NCBI GenBank assembly: GCA_036172245.1
Contig: JAYWIR010000013.1
Span: forward strand, 4,216,001-4,280,000
Reading direction: 5' to 3'
DNA from: Raillietiella orientalis
Lineage: Eukaryota
DNA length: 64,000 bases
Shown: piece by piece, positions 1 through 12,891 of the stretch
Position numbering within the stretch: the first letter of the stretch is position 1
Layout: each line of letters begins with the position of its first letter
Notes under the pieces: model-generated
What the model was told of the DNA's origin: nothing
The model's database searches: none
What the model saw: the letters and a program-made list of their open reading frames with translations, nothing else
Translations under genes and position numbers: made by a program

Positions 1-3000
1 GCAATAAATTTGATTTTGTTTGTAATTTATATTTAACTATCTTGATACTGTTTGTGTGTAAAACTTGAATCAGGGGATTGGTGCCCGTGCTTTGTTGGAG
101 TATGCATCATACCCTTGCAATCTTCTCTCATGAGATGAGATTTCAGTGAAAATTGTTCTTTGCATCTTCACTTCATATTGTATTTAACTAGTTGCATAAA
201 CAATAGAAATGGTACATGCTCTGACTGTACACATACTAAACAATGGAAAGAATTGAATTCATCAGCTTACAGGTATAGTGGAAGTATTTGCTTGGTATTT
301 TGATTTCAAAAGCAGTGACTTGAAATTTGAAATTAGATATTTTCTCACAAAAAACATTGTTTAATTGTTTTTAAACAATTAAACGATGTTTGTTTTGGAA
401 ACTCTGTATCTCAAGTACAATCTCTGGTCTGTACAAAGTGGACAAGGGAAAAGTGCTAGGTATTAAATAGTCTCCTCAAAAACATCCCCGAGTCAGAGTC
501 AGTGGTGTTTTTCATGCTTTCTGATCACATCAGGATTTACCTTTTTTGTATGTTCTTTATAGTAATCAATTTTTCAGTGTTGAAATTAAAATCATAAATT
601 TCAAGAAAGCATCTAAAATTTCCTTCTCACATAAGAAGCTTGTTGAGAATTGCATTCCGAAGATCAGTGAAATACTCTAGTATAGTTCTTTGAATGACTC
701 CTTAAGGTCAAGAAAAATATTTACATAGCTGCAAATTGCAATTTCCTTTACTTTATCTTAGAAACATCTTTTTAATTCTGTATTTCTGCTGTAGTATTGC
801 ATTTCCATGTCAGGATTGTTTCAGGTGCAATTTTTTTCTTGTCATCTTAGTTTGTTACCTTCACAAAAGAGTACTCCTAAGATTTTGCTATTCACATTGC
901 CAGGGTTTTCCTTGCAAGCATCTCAAGTTATCAGCCAAAAATTTAGACAGATCTTAGAAGTCTGTTGACTTATTTTTGCCAACACTGTTGCATTCTAATA
1001 CCTAACTTTGGGTTTTTACTAAGAATGTTTGCTTTTCTTTATTTTTAATTCAGAAGCTAATTGCATGCAGATAACATTTGAAAGTCTCCATTCATTTGTG
1101 ATTATCAGAAGTTCTTGTTTGAAATGATAAATTTATAATCATATAAATTTCTGTATTAAATAAATTTGATTAGTTAAAATGAAATAAGAATTCATATAAA
1201 TTTGGAAAACTCTGCACCACTATGTTTTTGACAAAAAACTATAATGATTAAACGTGATGAAAATAACCTCTTGTACTGTTTTTCGACAACTGAGCTTTAT
1301 CACTGTAAAATTTGCATAATGAAAGTTTTGGATCACAGATCATGAGAAGTTCGAGGGAGTTTTTGTCAAAGATAAAATGAAACTTGGTTGCTATTGAAAG
1401 AAAATAATTTAATTTTGTAATCGGATATTTCCTTTTTTCTGGAGTAGTGCGTATAAAAAAAATGTGCAAATCCTCTCTTGAAGAACAGTGAATTTTATCA
1501 GAGAAAAAAAAAAAATTTTCCATTTTATTTGAAAAAAAAATTTGATTCCAAGATTAGTGCATCTAATACAGTATTTTTCTCATGTGTTAATATTCAGCTT
1601 TCTATGAAGTACTTTGTTTGAAAAATTGCACTTTGAACATATTGTTACCGTCTTTTCTTTAATTTTTAAGATGCTACATTAGTTATTTCACATTTCCAAC
1701 AGGATGTTATGCTTTATGTAGTTTAAGTAATTTGGATAGCTTATCAACTTGCAATGCTTTAATTCGTACCTCTGGAACTAAATATACTTTTCTTATTTCC
1801 ACTTCATTCACACATCATTAAGCCACTTGATCTTGCTGTTAAAGATTTGAGGTCTAATTTCATTTTCCGAATTCGTTTTTCAAGGTTGCTACAAACAATT
1901 TGTGAAATTATCAAAATTGTATCTGTATTACTCTTAGACTCCTAGCATATAATACACATTCTTTCCTATTATTGTAACAATCGTGTAAACCAAATTGCAA
2001 CCCACTGGTGAATAAAAATCTTGATGCTGAAAGAAGAGTAAACTAAAAATGTCAAGAGTCAATATACCCTAAGCGCTATCTCTGATCTGCATAAAGTGGA
2101 CAATGAAGGATGAAGAAAGAAATTATATCCCATGTAGATTGATTTGATTTCCAAGAGCTGATTCCTACTTTAGCATTTAATAAAGAATATGATAAAGGAA
2201 CTTGCAATGATACTATCATGTATAGAAAATCATTAGGAATTTGAAAGTTGAAGTTGAATCATAACAATTTATCTCTGTTACATATATTGTTAAATATATT
2301 TTAGCCTCATTTGGAATTCTGACTGAAAACTATTTATTCCTTAATAACCATAAGTATTTACGCTCATTTTATTAATTTTTTCATATTTTTTTAGCACATC
2401 AATCATGCAAAGACAATGGCCACAATTTTCTCCTTTCAGATATTTACTTAAAACTTTTGCTAAACTCTGAAATTTCTACTGGTTCATTTTTCAAAGGAAA
2501 ACTGAAGTGCTCTAAAGTGGCCTTACAGTGCACTGGCGCCACAATAAAGATCTCAACATAATGGATAACTATAGTCAAGTTGCTGATGCATGCAACTCGA
2601 AAAGTGGCCTACATTGCATGATTATAAGAATGTATAATACCAAAAATCAGGCACCATGGATGCAACACTTGGTGTGCCATTCTTGTCAAGGGTAACCTAT
2701 TCAAGACATCCAGCAATTTCGTGTTTGTATTGCAAAAAAGTAATTTTGTAAATGCTAAAGAATTTTCCTGATGCTATTTGTTTCCGGCATTGATGTGCAC
2801 CTTGAACAGAATAGTTACTCCTGCTCAAGGAAATTACACACAAGTCAGCAATTTTATTGTCCAGCATCAATTACTTGTGAAGGAAAATTCTGAGTCCTCA
2901 TTATGAGGTGTGATTTCATTCATTACTGATCAACAGCTATCAACCTTCAATGAGCAAACACTATTTGAATCAACAACCAAATCAGACAGTCTAAATATTT

Positions 3001-3229
3001 ATTGAAAAACAATTTTTTATCCATTTCGTTCTGCTTTAACCACGACGATTACAAATGAGTTCTTCCTTATTCAAATCACTGACCGTTCATTTGAATCCAA
3101 GTTGTTGTTTACATGAAATTCTTCCACCCATAAAATGACCAACCTATATCTACAAATTAGATTCTCTTATTTCAGAAGCAAAAAGTTTCTATGAACCATT
3201 TTAATTATCGTGTTGTTTTTTTGACAAAG

Positions 3230-4110
3230 CAATTGTAAGGCGGATCGTACATTTAGGAAAATGGACTAAACTTACTTCATTTCGCTCATTTACGGAAAGA
3301 ATCATCCCTACCAGAAGAAATGATTTAAATCGTGACGTTTCACTATGCTAACAACATTTAGAATACATAAACCTTGCTCTATTCATATTACACGATCGAT
3401 GAGCCGAAGACCTTTTGATTTCTTTCTTAATTTTATAAATGGATTTGTCATAACGTAGCTATGGCACTTCCTCAACATCAGTTTGGCATCAATGGCGCGC
3501 CCGGTTGCCAAGTACATTCGTACCGGAATCAATGAATGGATAATGATCACGGAAAATTCGATACTGTCATTGCCTCCAATGAAATATTGCAGCAACTGTG
3601 AGAAAAAAGAAGCTCTGTGCCCAAACACTGCATTCCTTAGAGGAATAAGCGTTGGAGGGAATCATCGATTTGGATCAACGTATCCTTGGATAGCATTTGA
3701 TATTTGTGTTACATTAAGGGTACATTCGGGATTCGTTTGCATAACTTACACAAAGCATGAACTGAAGAATAGATATTTACTCTTGCACTTGACCAGTTTT
3801 GATTTTCACGGCCATAACTATTGTGTTCCCAGTAGGAGGGGATTCTCAGTAATATAAAAGTGAAGATAAGGAATTCTTGAGTAGCCATCATTTTGTTGTT
3901 TCCAATTCGTATTCTCATGGAGTATTGTGCTTTCCTAAATTCTGAAGCTGTTTTATTTATTGGCTGATATAATTGTGGAAGGCCATACTGACTTTGAATG
4001 GGATATTCCTCATGAGCATCTCTCAAGTTCTAATGGATCGGAAATTTTATCATTGCTCAGAAATTATCCTGATTGAGATTCCAAATGATATAATCTCGTT
4101 CAGATGCTTA
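3230..4110 (-). pseudogene. Candidate endogenous viral element: decayed Mononegavirales (borna/nyami-like) nucleoprotein gene
   Basis: Intronless minus-strand frames joined across frameshifts and stops read ...GNTIVMAVKIKTGQVQ / QTNPECTLNVTQISNAIQGYVDPNR*FPPTLIPLRNAVFGHRASFFSQLLQYFIGG...VRMYLATGRAIDAKLMLRKCHSYVMTNPF / IKKEIK...NMNRARFMYSKCC*HSETSRFKSFLLVGMILSVNERNEVSLVHF. Motif order resembles bornavirus N as I recall it (KIKAG; YLAECMDATLTIPVVAYEI; RSFPNL..WSKKEN). Boundaries approximate. Confidence 0.4.
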
Positions 4111-7100
4111 AAATGATACCGCAGGATTAAGTTTGTAACCGCTTCTGAAAAAACATCAGAGGGAGATGAAGACTTGCGAAGGCTGTCCTCTTTTACATGA
4201 TAAAGGCAGAAACTCCTATTCAGTTAGCGGTTGTCGTTTGCTTTACATGTTCAGGTGTTTTACACGTGAGTGATAGGTTCGAATAGGAATTAAATCTCAT
4301 GGCTGAAATCCTGTAATTGCTTGCAAGCGACATAGCTTAGTATAAAACAACTACACAGTTTGTGATAAATTCGTACAAGTGGGCATAATTTTGAAATCAT
4401 GGATTTATGAAACAGTTGTGCATGCAATATGAGCTGAACAGTCAGTATTCGTTTAAAAGTCCCATTTTATTTTAATGTCTGCTAATGTTAACATGGGCTT
4501 GTAGCAGTCGATGTAAAATAAGAGCAATCAGTGAAACAAGAACTGTTTGAATCATTAGTTTGTAGCCGCTGGATTCAGATCTTCAAATCTCCCTCATGTT
4601 GTATTTTTTTTTCCCACTCACATGCAAACCTGTGTCTGTAAAGCTCTACTGGCACGTTTAAAGATTCAGATAGTAATTGTATGCTTCAGCTTAGCGTTTC
4701 TTATCGAAAAATACTAATTTCAGTGATTTCTGCTGTGTACATCCATCATTCATATTTACCGGATTTATTTCAGTATTCAAGTCGTGTCCACTGATTCAGT
4801 CTCAGTTTGCAAATTGATTATGCAATGCCATCCAATTCACTCTTCTCATGAGTAATCTTAAATTAGACTTGGTTGTGGAGTTTTTGGACTGAGTGCGGGA
4901 TTTATCTTAGACAAAAGAACATATTTTTTGTGCGGAAGCCTTCTTCACCTGTTGTTCATAAAAGACAAGGCTTTTCCTTGAGAAGTTTACTCCTTTCGTT
5001 CACAGTACAGAGTTTGCGTTGCAGTGATATCAAATTGGGCAGTCAATTTGTGAAACAGTTTTTTCAGCATGCAGTATGCATCGGAACAGTACGTTCTTGC
5101 AAAGTCAGTACCCCGTTTTGCAGCAGGCTGAATGAAACAACATGGCCTTTCGTGTTTGAGGAAAGAGTTGTAATAGGCACTGCTTGTCTGGTGTTCTTGT
5201 TACATCAATATGCAGCGTTTTCCCTATTGCTGTTTTGTGTTTCCGAACACGCTTGCGATGCATTAGCAACCATGAACTCTAAATACGTTCTGATGTTCTC
5301 AATTTTTTTAAGTGCATCAATAAAAGAACAAAAAAAACACTACGAAGACAATACTTCTGTGGACCGTCTGCTTTCACTATCGTTGTTTTATTTTCATTCT
5401 GCATAATTGCATTATTTGAGATCTTGAACGTTGCAATGGAATCCTGCTAGAAGGTGTCGATTCATCCATTTATGACTCGTATCAGTTTTCACGTTCAGCT
5501 CTCAGCTGCCGTTCCAGTGGCACTTGGTTGCATTCTCCACCTGAGTTGCCTGGAACGATGCTCTTCAAACTTTTAGTAATCGATTTGCTGGTGTCTTCTT
5601 TTGATCCATGAACAGTATGCAAAGCAATTAGGCTTTTTATCTGCCAAGTTGCAGCACCGCTAAGTTGCCACAGCCATCATCTCTGCATAGATGCTATCTG
5701 AATCGTTCGCTGAGGGGAAACATGAAGCAGTTATAGCAGCTCCTCTGGCAGTCTACTTGTTACAGACATCGTGAATTTTTTTCTTTTACCGATTCCATAT
5801 TGCTCTCACGGAAGACATGAAGCGCGCACCTGCTTTTGGGTTTTCCTCCAGATTTTTATTCCTGGATCCCGAATCCTACTATTTGTTGATAGGGAAACTT
5901 TTCTTTCAATTCCTCTGCTTTCATAACATCACTTCAAAAATCCATTTCTGAAAATTTTCATTATTAAGAAACAAATTGCAGTTCATTTCAGTCTTCACGG
6001 CATGCGTGACTTCCATCCTGCTGTCTGCTACCTATTTTTGTTATCAATCTTTTATAATGTCTGAAAGAGGTTTAACGATACGAAGAGTGTCCTCTTCGTC
6101 GGTATTGTCAGTTTCCGAAAATCTCTCAATGAACGTTTTTCTTAAACTATTATGCGCATCAAATGGCTTGGTTTGTACCGAGAATTCAGATCAGTTTTCT
6201 TATCGTCTCTCCTGAAAACATTTTCTGCTTCATGAATCCGCCGACTGCTTCCAAGTTCTGCCCCTTTGTAAGTTCATCAGCTTCCTCTTCCACTAGATAT
6301 CCCGGATTCAGTTTGGTACCCTTTCTTCAGATGAAGTCCTTGGGGGGTGTTTTAAGCATAGAAACTCCCTTGAATCCTACAAAACTATGTGGGTCATTGC
6401 TTTGTGGGAGAAATGCTTCCTTGACCCATTCTCAGATGAGAACGAACAAGGAATTTGATTTATTGGGATCTCATTTCTTCTGGAACTAAAACTGCTGACG
6501 GATCTCTTCAGTGTTTCGCTTTCTGCTAGACCTGAACCTTATTCATTCTATTCATCGCTGATTGCTCGGGGTTTGGATTCTGTTTAATTTGACGATTAGT
6601 ACAGCTGGTAAAATAATTGAATGATTATGTGAAAATACTATGGACCGCCTGACAATCTTCACCGACTCTTATCAACTGGGGTTTGGGCATACGTACGTAC
6701 CAATGCTATCGATCAGAATCTGTTGTTTTCATAGAAAGGAACACTTTTCACAGTAGGGCGAGAAAGCTTCTGTGAATCTGAGCAGGATTGCCACATTCAC
6801 TTGTCTTCATTTGTCTGCTTTTTTCATTCTTTACGTACCTTCACTTGCGTCTACATATGAATTGTATCTGAGCATTCGCTGCTATTCAGAAAAACTGTGC
6901 TCTAATCACAATTCTTCCTCCGACCAAATCTCTGCGTTTCATGAACTGAGGGGTGTGTTTTGCTCCCGAAGTCACAAGTCATACATGAAGCACAGTGTGA
7001 TGAGAAGGGAAAATTTAGTGTTCTTGTTGGCTTTTGTTGATCTAGGAAGATGATTTCATGAGCTGATGTGTATTAAAATGTAAAGTGCTTCTACAACTTT

Positions 7101-7749
7101 CATGTGCTTGTTGCATGTGTGTTGATTAAATTCATATAATGAGTCTTTTTGTTTACTCAAGATCGAAAAGAGGTGACTAATGTATTTATTTATTCTTTGA
7201 ATTTTATGAGTTGATGATTGCTTTGATGCTGCTTTCAGAGAGAAAGATTTCCCTTAATATAAATACTGCGCTAAATTTTCCGGATGCATTCAGTTATCTT
7301 TATTAGTTCTGCAAGAATTTTTATTTTTGAAAAGAATGCACGGATGTATTTGCTTTGATTTTAGGCATTTATTCTTCATATGTATTTTTTCAATGATTAC
7401 ATTTGTGCTTCTTGTTGCTAAGTGAGTCCTGCTCTTATCGTTCAACTTTTTCGGCATTTCTAAACCTTGTTGCCACTGAGAATCGAGTAGATTATCATTA
7501 ATTCTGTCACGCTCTACTTTTGATTTTTTTTCCATTTTTGTAAATGACAAGTTTTTGATATGCGCTTTTGAGTGCATGCATTTCACATTTGAAAGTGGCA
7601 TTTAGCTTTCAAGATCTTAGTCTGTTGCATTCTGGTTGTATTCGACAATGAAAATAAAAACGGAACTCATCCTCATAGTTAAAAAAAGAATACTGACTAA
7701 ACCGAGCGACAATTCTGGAAACATAAATTATTACTCCGTACGTCTGAAA

Positions 7750-8800
7750 CTTATATCATATGCATTACGTGTGGGGTTGCTAAGAATTCCGTTTGCCAAG
7801 AAAGCAGAATTGCATCGAGTTGCGTCAACGCAATCCTTACGTACTCGGAAGCACCGGCGATCACTGTAAATGAGCTGAACTCAACTGTTTTGAAGCAAAA
7901 TGGGGCATCAGTCTTCCACCTCTTGTTGGTGAAATGCTTTGCTTCGATGCAGAGGAAGCAAATATTCAAAATTGGTTTCGGGTGAGCTGCAGCAAACGGA
8001 TACCCTGACAGCCATGTGCAGCCTTGCGATTGGATGGTGTTACTCCGATGGCCGTCTGCCCACAGGCGGAAGCCTTATCTCCATTTCCTGGTTGAACTGC
8101 TGATCGGTTTCCCGGCATCACGAACGTGATGTACCAATTGTGTGGGTAGGGTGCCTATGTAACCGCTTCGAAAAGCGGGATGACGATATTGTACAACGGT
8201 TTTGGCAGGCGGGCTATACGAAAACTGGATCGTTGCTAAGGCTGCATTATGTATCGTGGCGTTCTCAGTTCTGCTCCTGTAATCGTAACGAGAATTTTTT
8301 CTTTTTTGCTTTTGAAGAACGAAAAATATCCCAACAGGAAGTTACGTCTTCCTATTTTCCGGACTGCCCGAACCATCCGTAGTAAATGATCGTCAAGTTA
8401 CTAATTAATGGATTGTTTCTTTTGCTGGAAAGACAGTAGATTGTCCAAGGGATTGGTACCTGCTGATGAGAGAGTTGATACAAAATGTTGGGTCCCACCA
8501 TCCACTTAAAGATCCAAATTATTGCCCGAGTGATGCAAAATGGATGTATCTATAAATATACGATGACATCATGGTTGGATGGAAAAGTGAGATGGCGTTT
8601 CCTGCACCGTGAACAGGTGGCTGGCAAACTCTGTCGTTCATCACGAGAGAGAAGTGCAGAAAATCGTAAAACCGCACAGTGCCTTGTAACACCTCCAAGA
8701 TGTGTTCCCATGGAAACATCTGAAAAATGCAAGCAGCATTTCGCAGCCCCGTCCGAAGGCATCGACTGCCTGTAGGTGAGATTAATTCCGACTGCTTTGT
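7750..8800 (-). mobile_element. Degraded hAT (Buster/SPIN-type) transposase fragment
   Basis: Minus-strand SHFSIQP* (~8570-8595; cf. FSIQLDESTD) followed by RSFTTDGSGSPENRKT (~8345-8392; cf. SITTDGAPSM.G) in the expected order; many stops and frameshifts. Confidence 0.4.
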
Positions 8801-9931
8801 GTCCCTTTGGATCATTTGAGGAGAAGTTGGGTTACGCCTTTGTGACTGCCAAGCCGTGAGCTCCACACGACAACGTGGAGAAAATGGAGCAGCGTGCAGC
8901 CTCTCAGAAATCAAGGTTCTCACATGGAAGCCAAAAAGATTGAATCGGAAACGAATGTGTGTGTGTTGGAGAGACGATAGCGATGGAGAACTGGAAAGGT
9001 GTTCAGGAGGAATCGCAGGAATGGAACAATGAATCATTGGAGAAAACGTGACATGAACCTTGCCTGTTCATGGATTCAGATCGGTGCCAATACACCAAGA
9101 CACATCCTCAGCGTGTTTTGCGATTATTTACAGATGCACTGCTGGCTTAGTTTTCAGCCGCCTTTAGTGGTATTTCGCCTTTGCCACTCCTTCCACTCAT
9201 TTCTTCGGCTGAATGCTTAAGCAAGGGATAAAACGAAATTAAAATTTCAGTGTCGTTAATACATTGGCCTCCCAGTGCAAGTTCCCTAACATGGCCGATT
9301 TCACGTTACGTATTGTCATCTCCAAGTTGTGACTTTTTACGTTTAATTTGGGTTTTTTCTTTCTTTCGTGAAAGCGCTTGCCACTTACACAAAAAGATTT
9401 CCATATGCAATTATTTAAAATGGTGTGCATTTTTTGACTGATTGAGCCAATCACGGATTCGTTTAGTGTTATTGCTTTCGGTATTCCAAAAGCATCAATG
9501 GATGCATCTTATAAAACGGAAGCATTCGAGGACTCCATCAAAAGGGTCTTTCCTTCCAAACAGCAAAATTCTTGGTCAAAAAATTGTTCTCACAAACTGC
9601 TTTCAAACATGAAACACTCTCAAAACAATGTCTGAAGCTGTCAGTAAATCACTCGGAATATGACATTTGGAAAACAAGAATGGTTTATTTGTGTACATTA
9701 TATGCAACATATATTCTACAAACACAATATACATATACACAAAATATGAAATTGCATACATTTGTTATAACATTGGATTGTAAGATAAATAACCTATTAT
9801 TAATTAGAAATCATTTAATAATATATTTTGAACTGTCCTAAAGAAGGCAGTAGAAATGTATGAAAAACCAACACTTGACCAAAAAAAAACTTCACATTTG
9901 TCCTTAAAAATCTATTATGGTCTCTCACTGA

Positions 9932-11544
9932 TCAGAGTTCTTCATGAACTTTGTCCTCAGCTTCTTTTTTATCTAAGGCTTCATCTTCATCTTCTGATTC
10001 CTCATCCTCACTCTTTTCTTTGATTTTTTCTTCTTCCTCAGTCTTTTTCCTACTTTCCTCATCCTGCTGTTCTTTCATAGTCTTCTCTGACTCCTACCAA
10101 CAGCAGCTGCATGTGCTTCAAAGTTATGATTCTTACCTTTGTGCTAAGGAACTTTTCTGCTTCTTTTTCAGCAAATTCGACATCATCAGTCAACAGGATA
10201 TTATCAAAGATGGTTCCTGCTTTCACCTGCCACAAATCTAAACCTACTGCACAAATGTCACCTAGATAATACAAGGAAGGATCAGGTTGGTACTTGGGGT
10301 TGGGAATTAATGGATGAACCCACTTTCCCCTGAAAAATTCAAAGTAATTTCTTAGTGCTATTTTCGAGAACTGACTTGTAACTGGGATTATCTATCTGAC
10401 GTGGTTTCCATTCTCCTTTGTATTCTGGATTATCAATATTAGGTGGCTCCCATTCTCCATCCATTTCATCATCCCAATCCTCGGGTTTTTTTGCATCCGG
10501 ATCAGGAATTGTTTCTGGTTTGTCCCAGTCCTACAAACCCATTACGGAAAAGACTTTGGGCAAATAATCATCACGCTTACTTCTGGTTTTGAATCATTTA
10601 CATCATCAATTTGTTCTCTATCATCCCAATCCTCTGGTTTTTTTGCTTCTGGATCTGGAATCTCTTTGGGTTCTAGAAAATCCCAATGCTCTTCTAAATC
10701 TCCACTTTCTTTCTCGTTATCAACATAGATCTATTTGAAATTTGGCTTTAGATAGTAAGCACTTTTTTTTTTCCATTACCTCAAATGTATTGTCTGGCTT
10801 GATAACAATTCGATACACATGAGAGTATACATCATCTTTGCAACGTATGTCTTTCTTTATTAAATGATTTTTATTGTTGTAATTGATTATAGCATGAACC
10901 TTTTTCGTTCCATAACCACAAATATCTGGGCCTAAAGAACACATTAAAATACCAACAAACCAGTCACAAGTTTGAGTGCCCCTATTAAAAAAAAATGGAC
11001 CACCCTACACAATATAGAAAAACAATACATTACCAAACATGAGTTTGTATGGGGTTTCGCCATTAAAAGACTCCAACGTTAAGTCATCTGAGCAGGGAAG
11101 TAATTTTAAATAACCACCACCACAATCAATGTCTTGTTCGTGTTTTACTGTAAACTGAAGTACCAAATTTTTGTCTTTATTATTAAACTTTTCATTATTA
11201 TCAAGTTTTCTTGCAAGTGCATAAAATCTTGCATTCTCAGAAGTTTGGATTCCTGGAGGCGACCTATGAGAGCTGTTTCAATGCAACACCAACACTCACC
11301 TTTGCTCTCCTCCGGATGGGCATAAAAATTACCAGCAGTCAAAATGAATTTCCCAAAATCAGGTTTGTGTGTGGAATGAACCCACCGCTCAGTCCACTTA
11401 TCTACATAAGAGGCATAATTTTTTAGTTCAATTTGTATCATAACGATCGTATATGCACATACCACCATCATCAAACTTCTCATACAGTAAAGTTGTACAT
11501 AAAACGCTTTTAAAAATAAAAGGTAGGATGCCAATATACATCAT
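9932..11544 (-). CDS. CALR: Calreticulin (8 exons: 11463-11544, 11300-11401, 11034-11252, 10780-10931, 10581-10730, 10376-10530, 10137-10329, 9932-10093)
   Basis: Spliced translation gives a signal-peptide-like start [16 protein letters not shown], then [47 protein letters not shown]-domain repeats ([28 protein letters not shown]), [17 protein letters not shown], an acidic tail and ER-retention HEEL*. All seven introns are GT-AG (61, 47, 102, 49, 50, 46, 43 nt). Confidence 0.97.
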
Positions 11545-11599
11545 ATTGTATAACAATTATTGCAACACAAAGAACGCTAACAAATCACTCCAACCTCAC

Positions 11600-11760
11600 T
11601 CCACGTTCCCTGTACCAACTGCACTTTAAAGGAAATTCAACGTGTAAGCAAGACGAGTATGCCGACACAACGCAAGGCCATTGGCTGATCAGCCAAACGT
11701 AAAGCCAGATGGATTGTTTTTATTGGCTGCCCGCTTGGGACCAATGAGCACGCTACACAA
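11600..11760. promoter_or_regulatory. Calreticulin upstream region with three CCAAT boxes, ERSE-like spacing and a 16-bp palindrome
   Basis: ATTGG at 11680 and 11722, CCAAT at 11741; minus-strand CCAAT-N9-CCATC and plus-strand CCAAT-N9-ACACA (ERSE consensus CCAAT-N9-CCACG); palindrome TTGGCTGATCAGCCAA at 11681-11696; CCACGT at 11601. Confidence 0.45.
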
Positions 11761-12468
11761 CAAACACATGGCAAGTTGTGGAGCCGTGGTGTGGGAAAGG
11801 TACATGCAGGATTTTTGCAATTAGAGAATTTTCCACGCAGTCCTTCGGGGATCCGGGTCTCACGGTCCAGGCAGCTTCTTCTTTTCCATCCGCCGCGTAC
11901 GAGCGATAGAAAGCATCCCCGTAGCTCGCAGATCCTGTGCTCGTACGATCCTCGCGGTGTGCGCGACGGAAACCTGGTGGCACCTGAAGGCGGACGGATG
12001 CGGGGGGGCTCCTCGTGCCGACGGCTCTCCGTTCCCCGGGTCCATCATCATCTTCAGGAAGACCGGAGCGTGCTCGGTCGGAAAACCGCCGTGAGATGAT
12101 GTCGGTCGAGAGGAATGGGGGAGGGGTGGGGAGGACAACGAAAGGAATGCAAATCGGACGGGTGCTGGCGCGGAGTGCCTCCACCCTTGGGCAAAAGGAA
12201 CGGCTCGACTCCCTTCTTACCAGAAATTTCCTTCTGTCTTATTCATTTTCGAGCGGCCATCGCCCCTGAGGACCCGCGCGGCTGCTCGCAACGACGTGCA
12301 AAGAGACCCCGCGGAAAAAGCAGCCGAGTCGAAATGTGTGTGCCCAGCCGACGCGGAAGTCCGGGAAGCATTCGTGTTGAAGGGACACCACCGTGGCGCG
12401 TCCATCCGCGGGATTTGGTGGTGGCTCCCTGCATTTCGACTGCCTCCAGAAAGCCTTCTGCACCCAAA

Positions 12469-12490
12469 GGGGGGGGGGGGGGGGGGGTGA

Positions 12491-12521
<31 letters not shown>

Positions 12522-12552
12522 CGGCCGTGTTGTCGTCGTGGTCGTCGTCGTC
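12469..12552. repeat. Compound microsatellite: G19, (AC)n, (GTC)n
   Basis: Direct reading: G-run 12469-12487, AC repeat 12491-12519, GTC repeats ~12532-12552. Confidence 0.95.
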
Positions 12553-12891
12553 TTGGGTCGCACACCCTCCCTCCTCCACGTGATGTATGGCGGTGCATCC
12601 AGGAAAAGGGTGCACGTGCTGCTTGTTCTGAAATCTGGAATGGACGTTCGGTGATCTTGGGAACAGTTGTGCAAGAGTGGGATAAGCAAAGCTGCTTCTT
12701 TAAGAGTTTCGTGTGAGTCATTAACGTCGAAAGCATTCATGCAGACAACACGTAATTGCACATGGCAGGGAAGCGAGGCCATTTTTTTTTTCTTCCTCTC
12801 TCTCTCTCTGTCTCTCTTTCTTTTGGGGTTGCCATTTTTGGCATCAGCATAATAATCGCGAGTGGCCGGAATTAACATACCCATCACCGAC

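Noticed and set aside
1..3200. AT-rich region with short ORFs
   Set aside because: No recognisable coding, RNA or repeat structure.
11760..12891. ASDURF-type prefoldin uORF upstream of ASNSD1
   Set aside because: No plus-strand ORF resembling ASDURF was found; the QQLSREDAEFQFYKSTG segment splices in frame into ASNSD1 itself.
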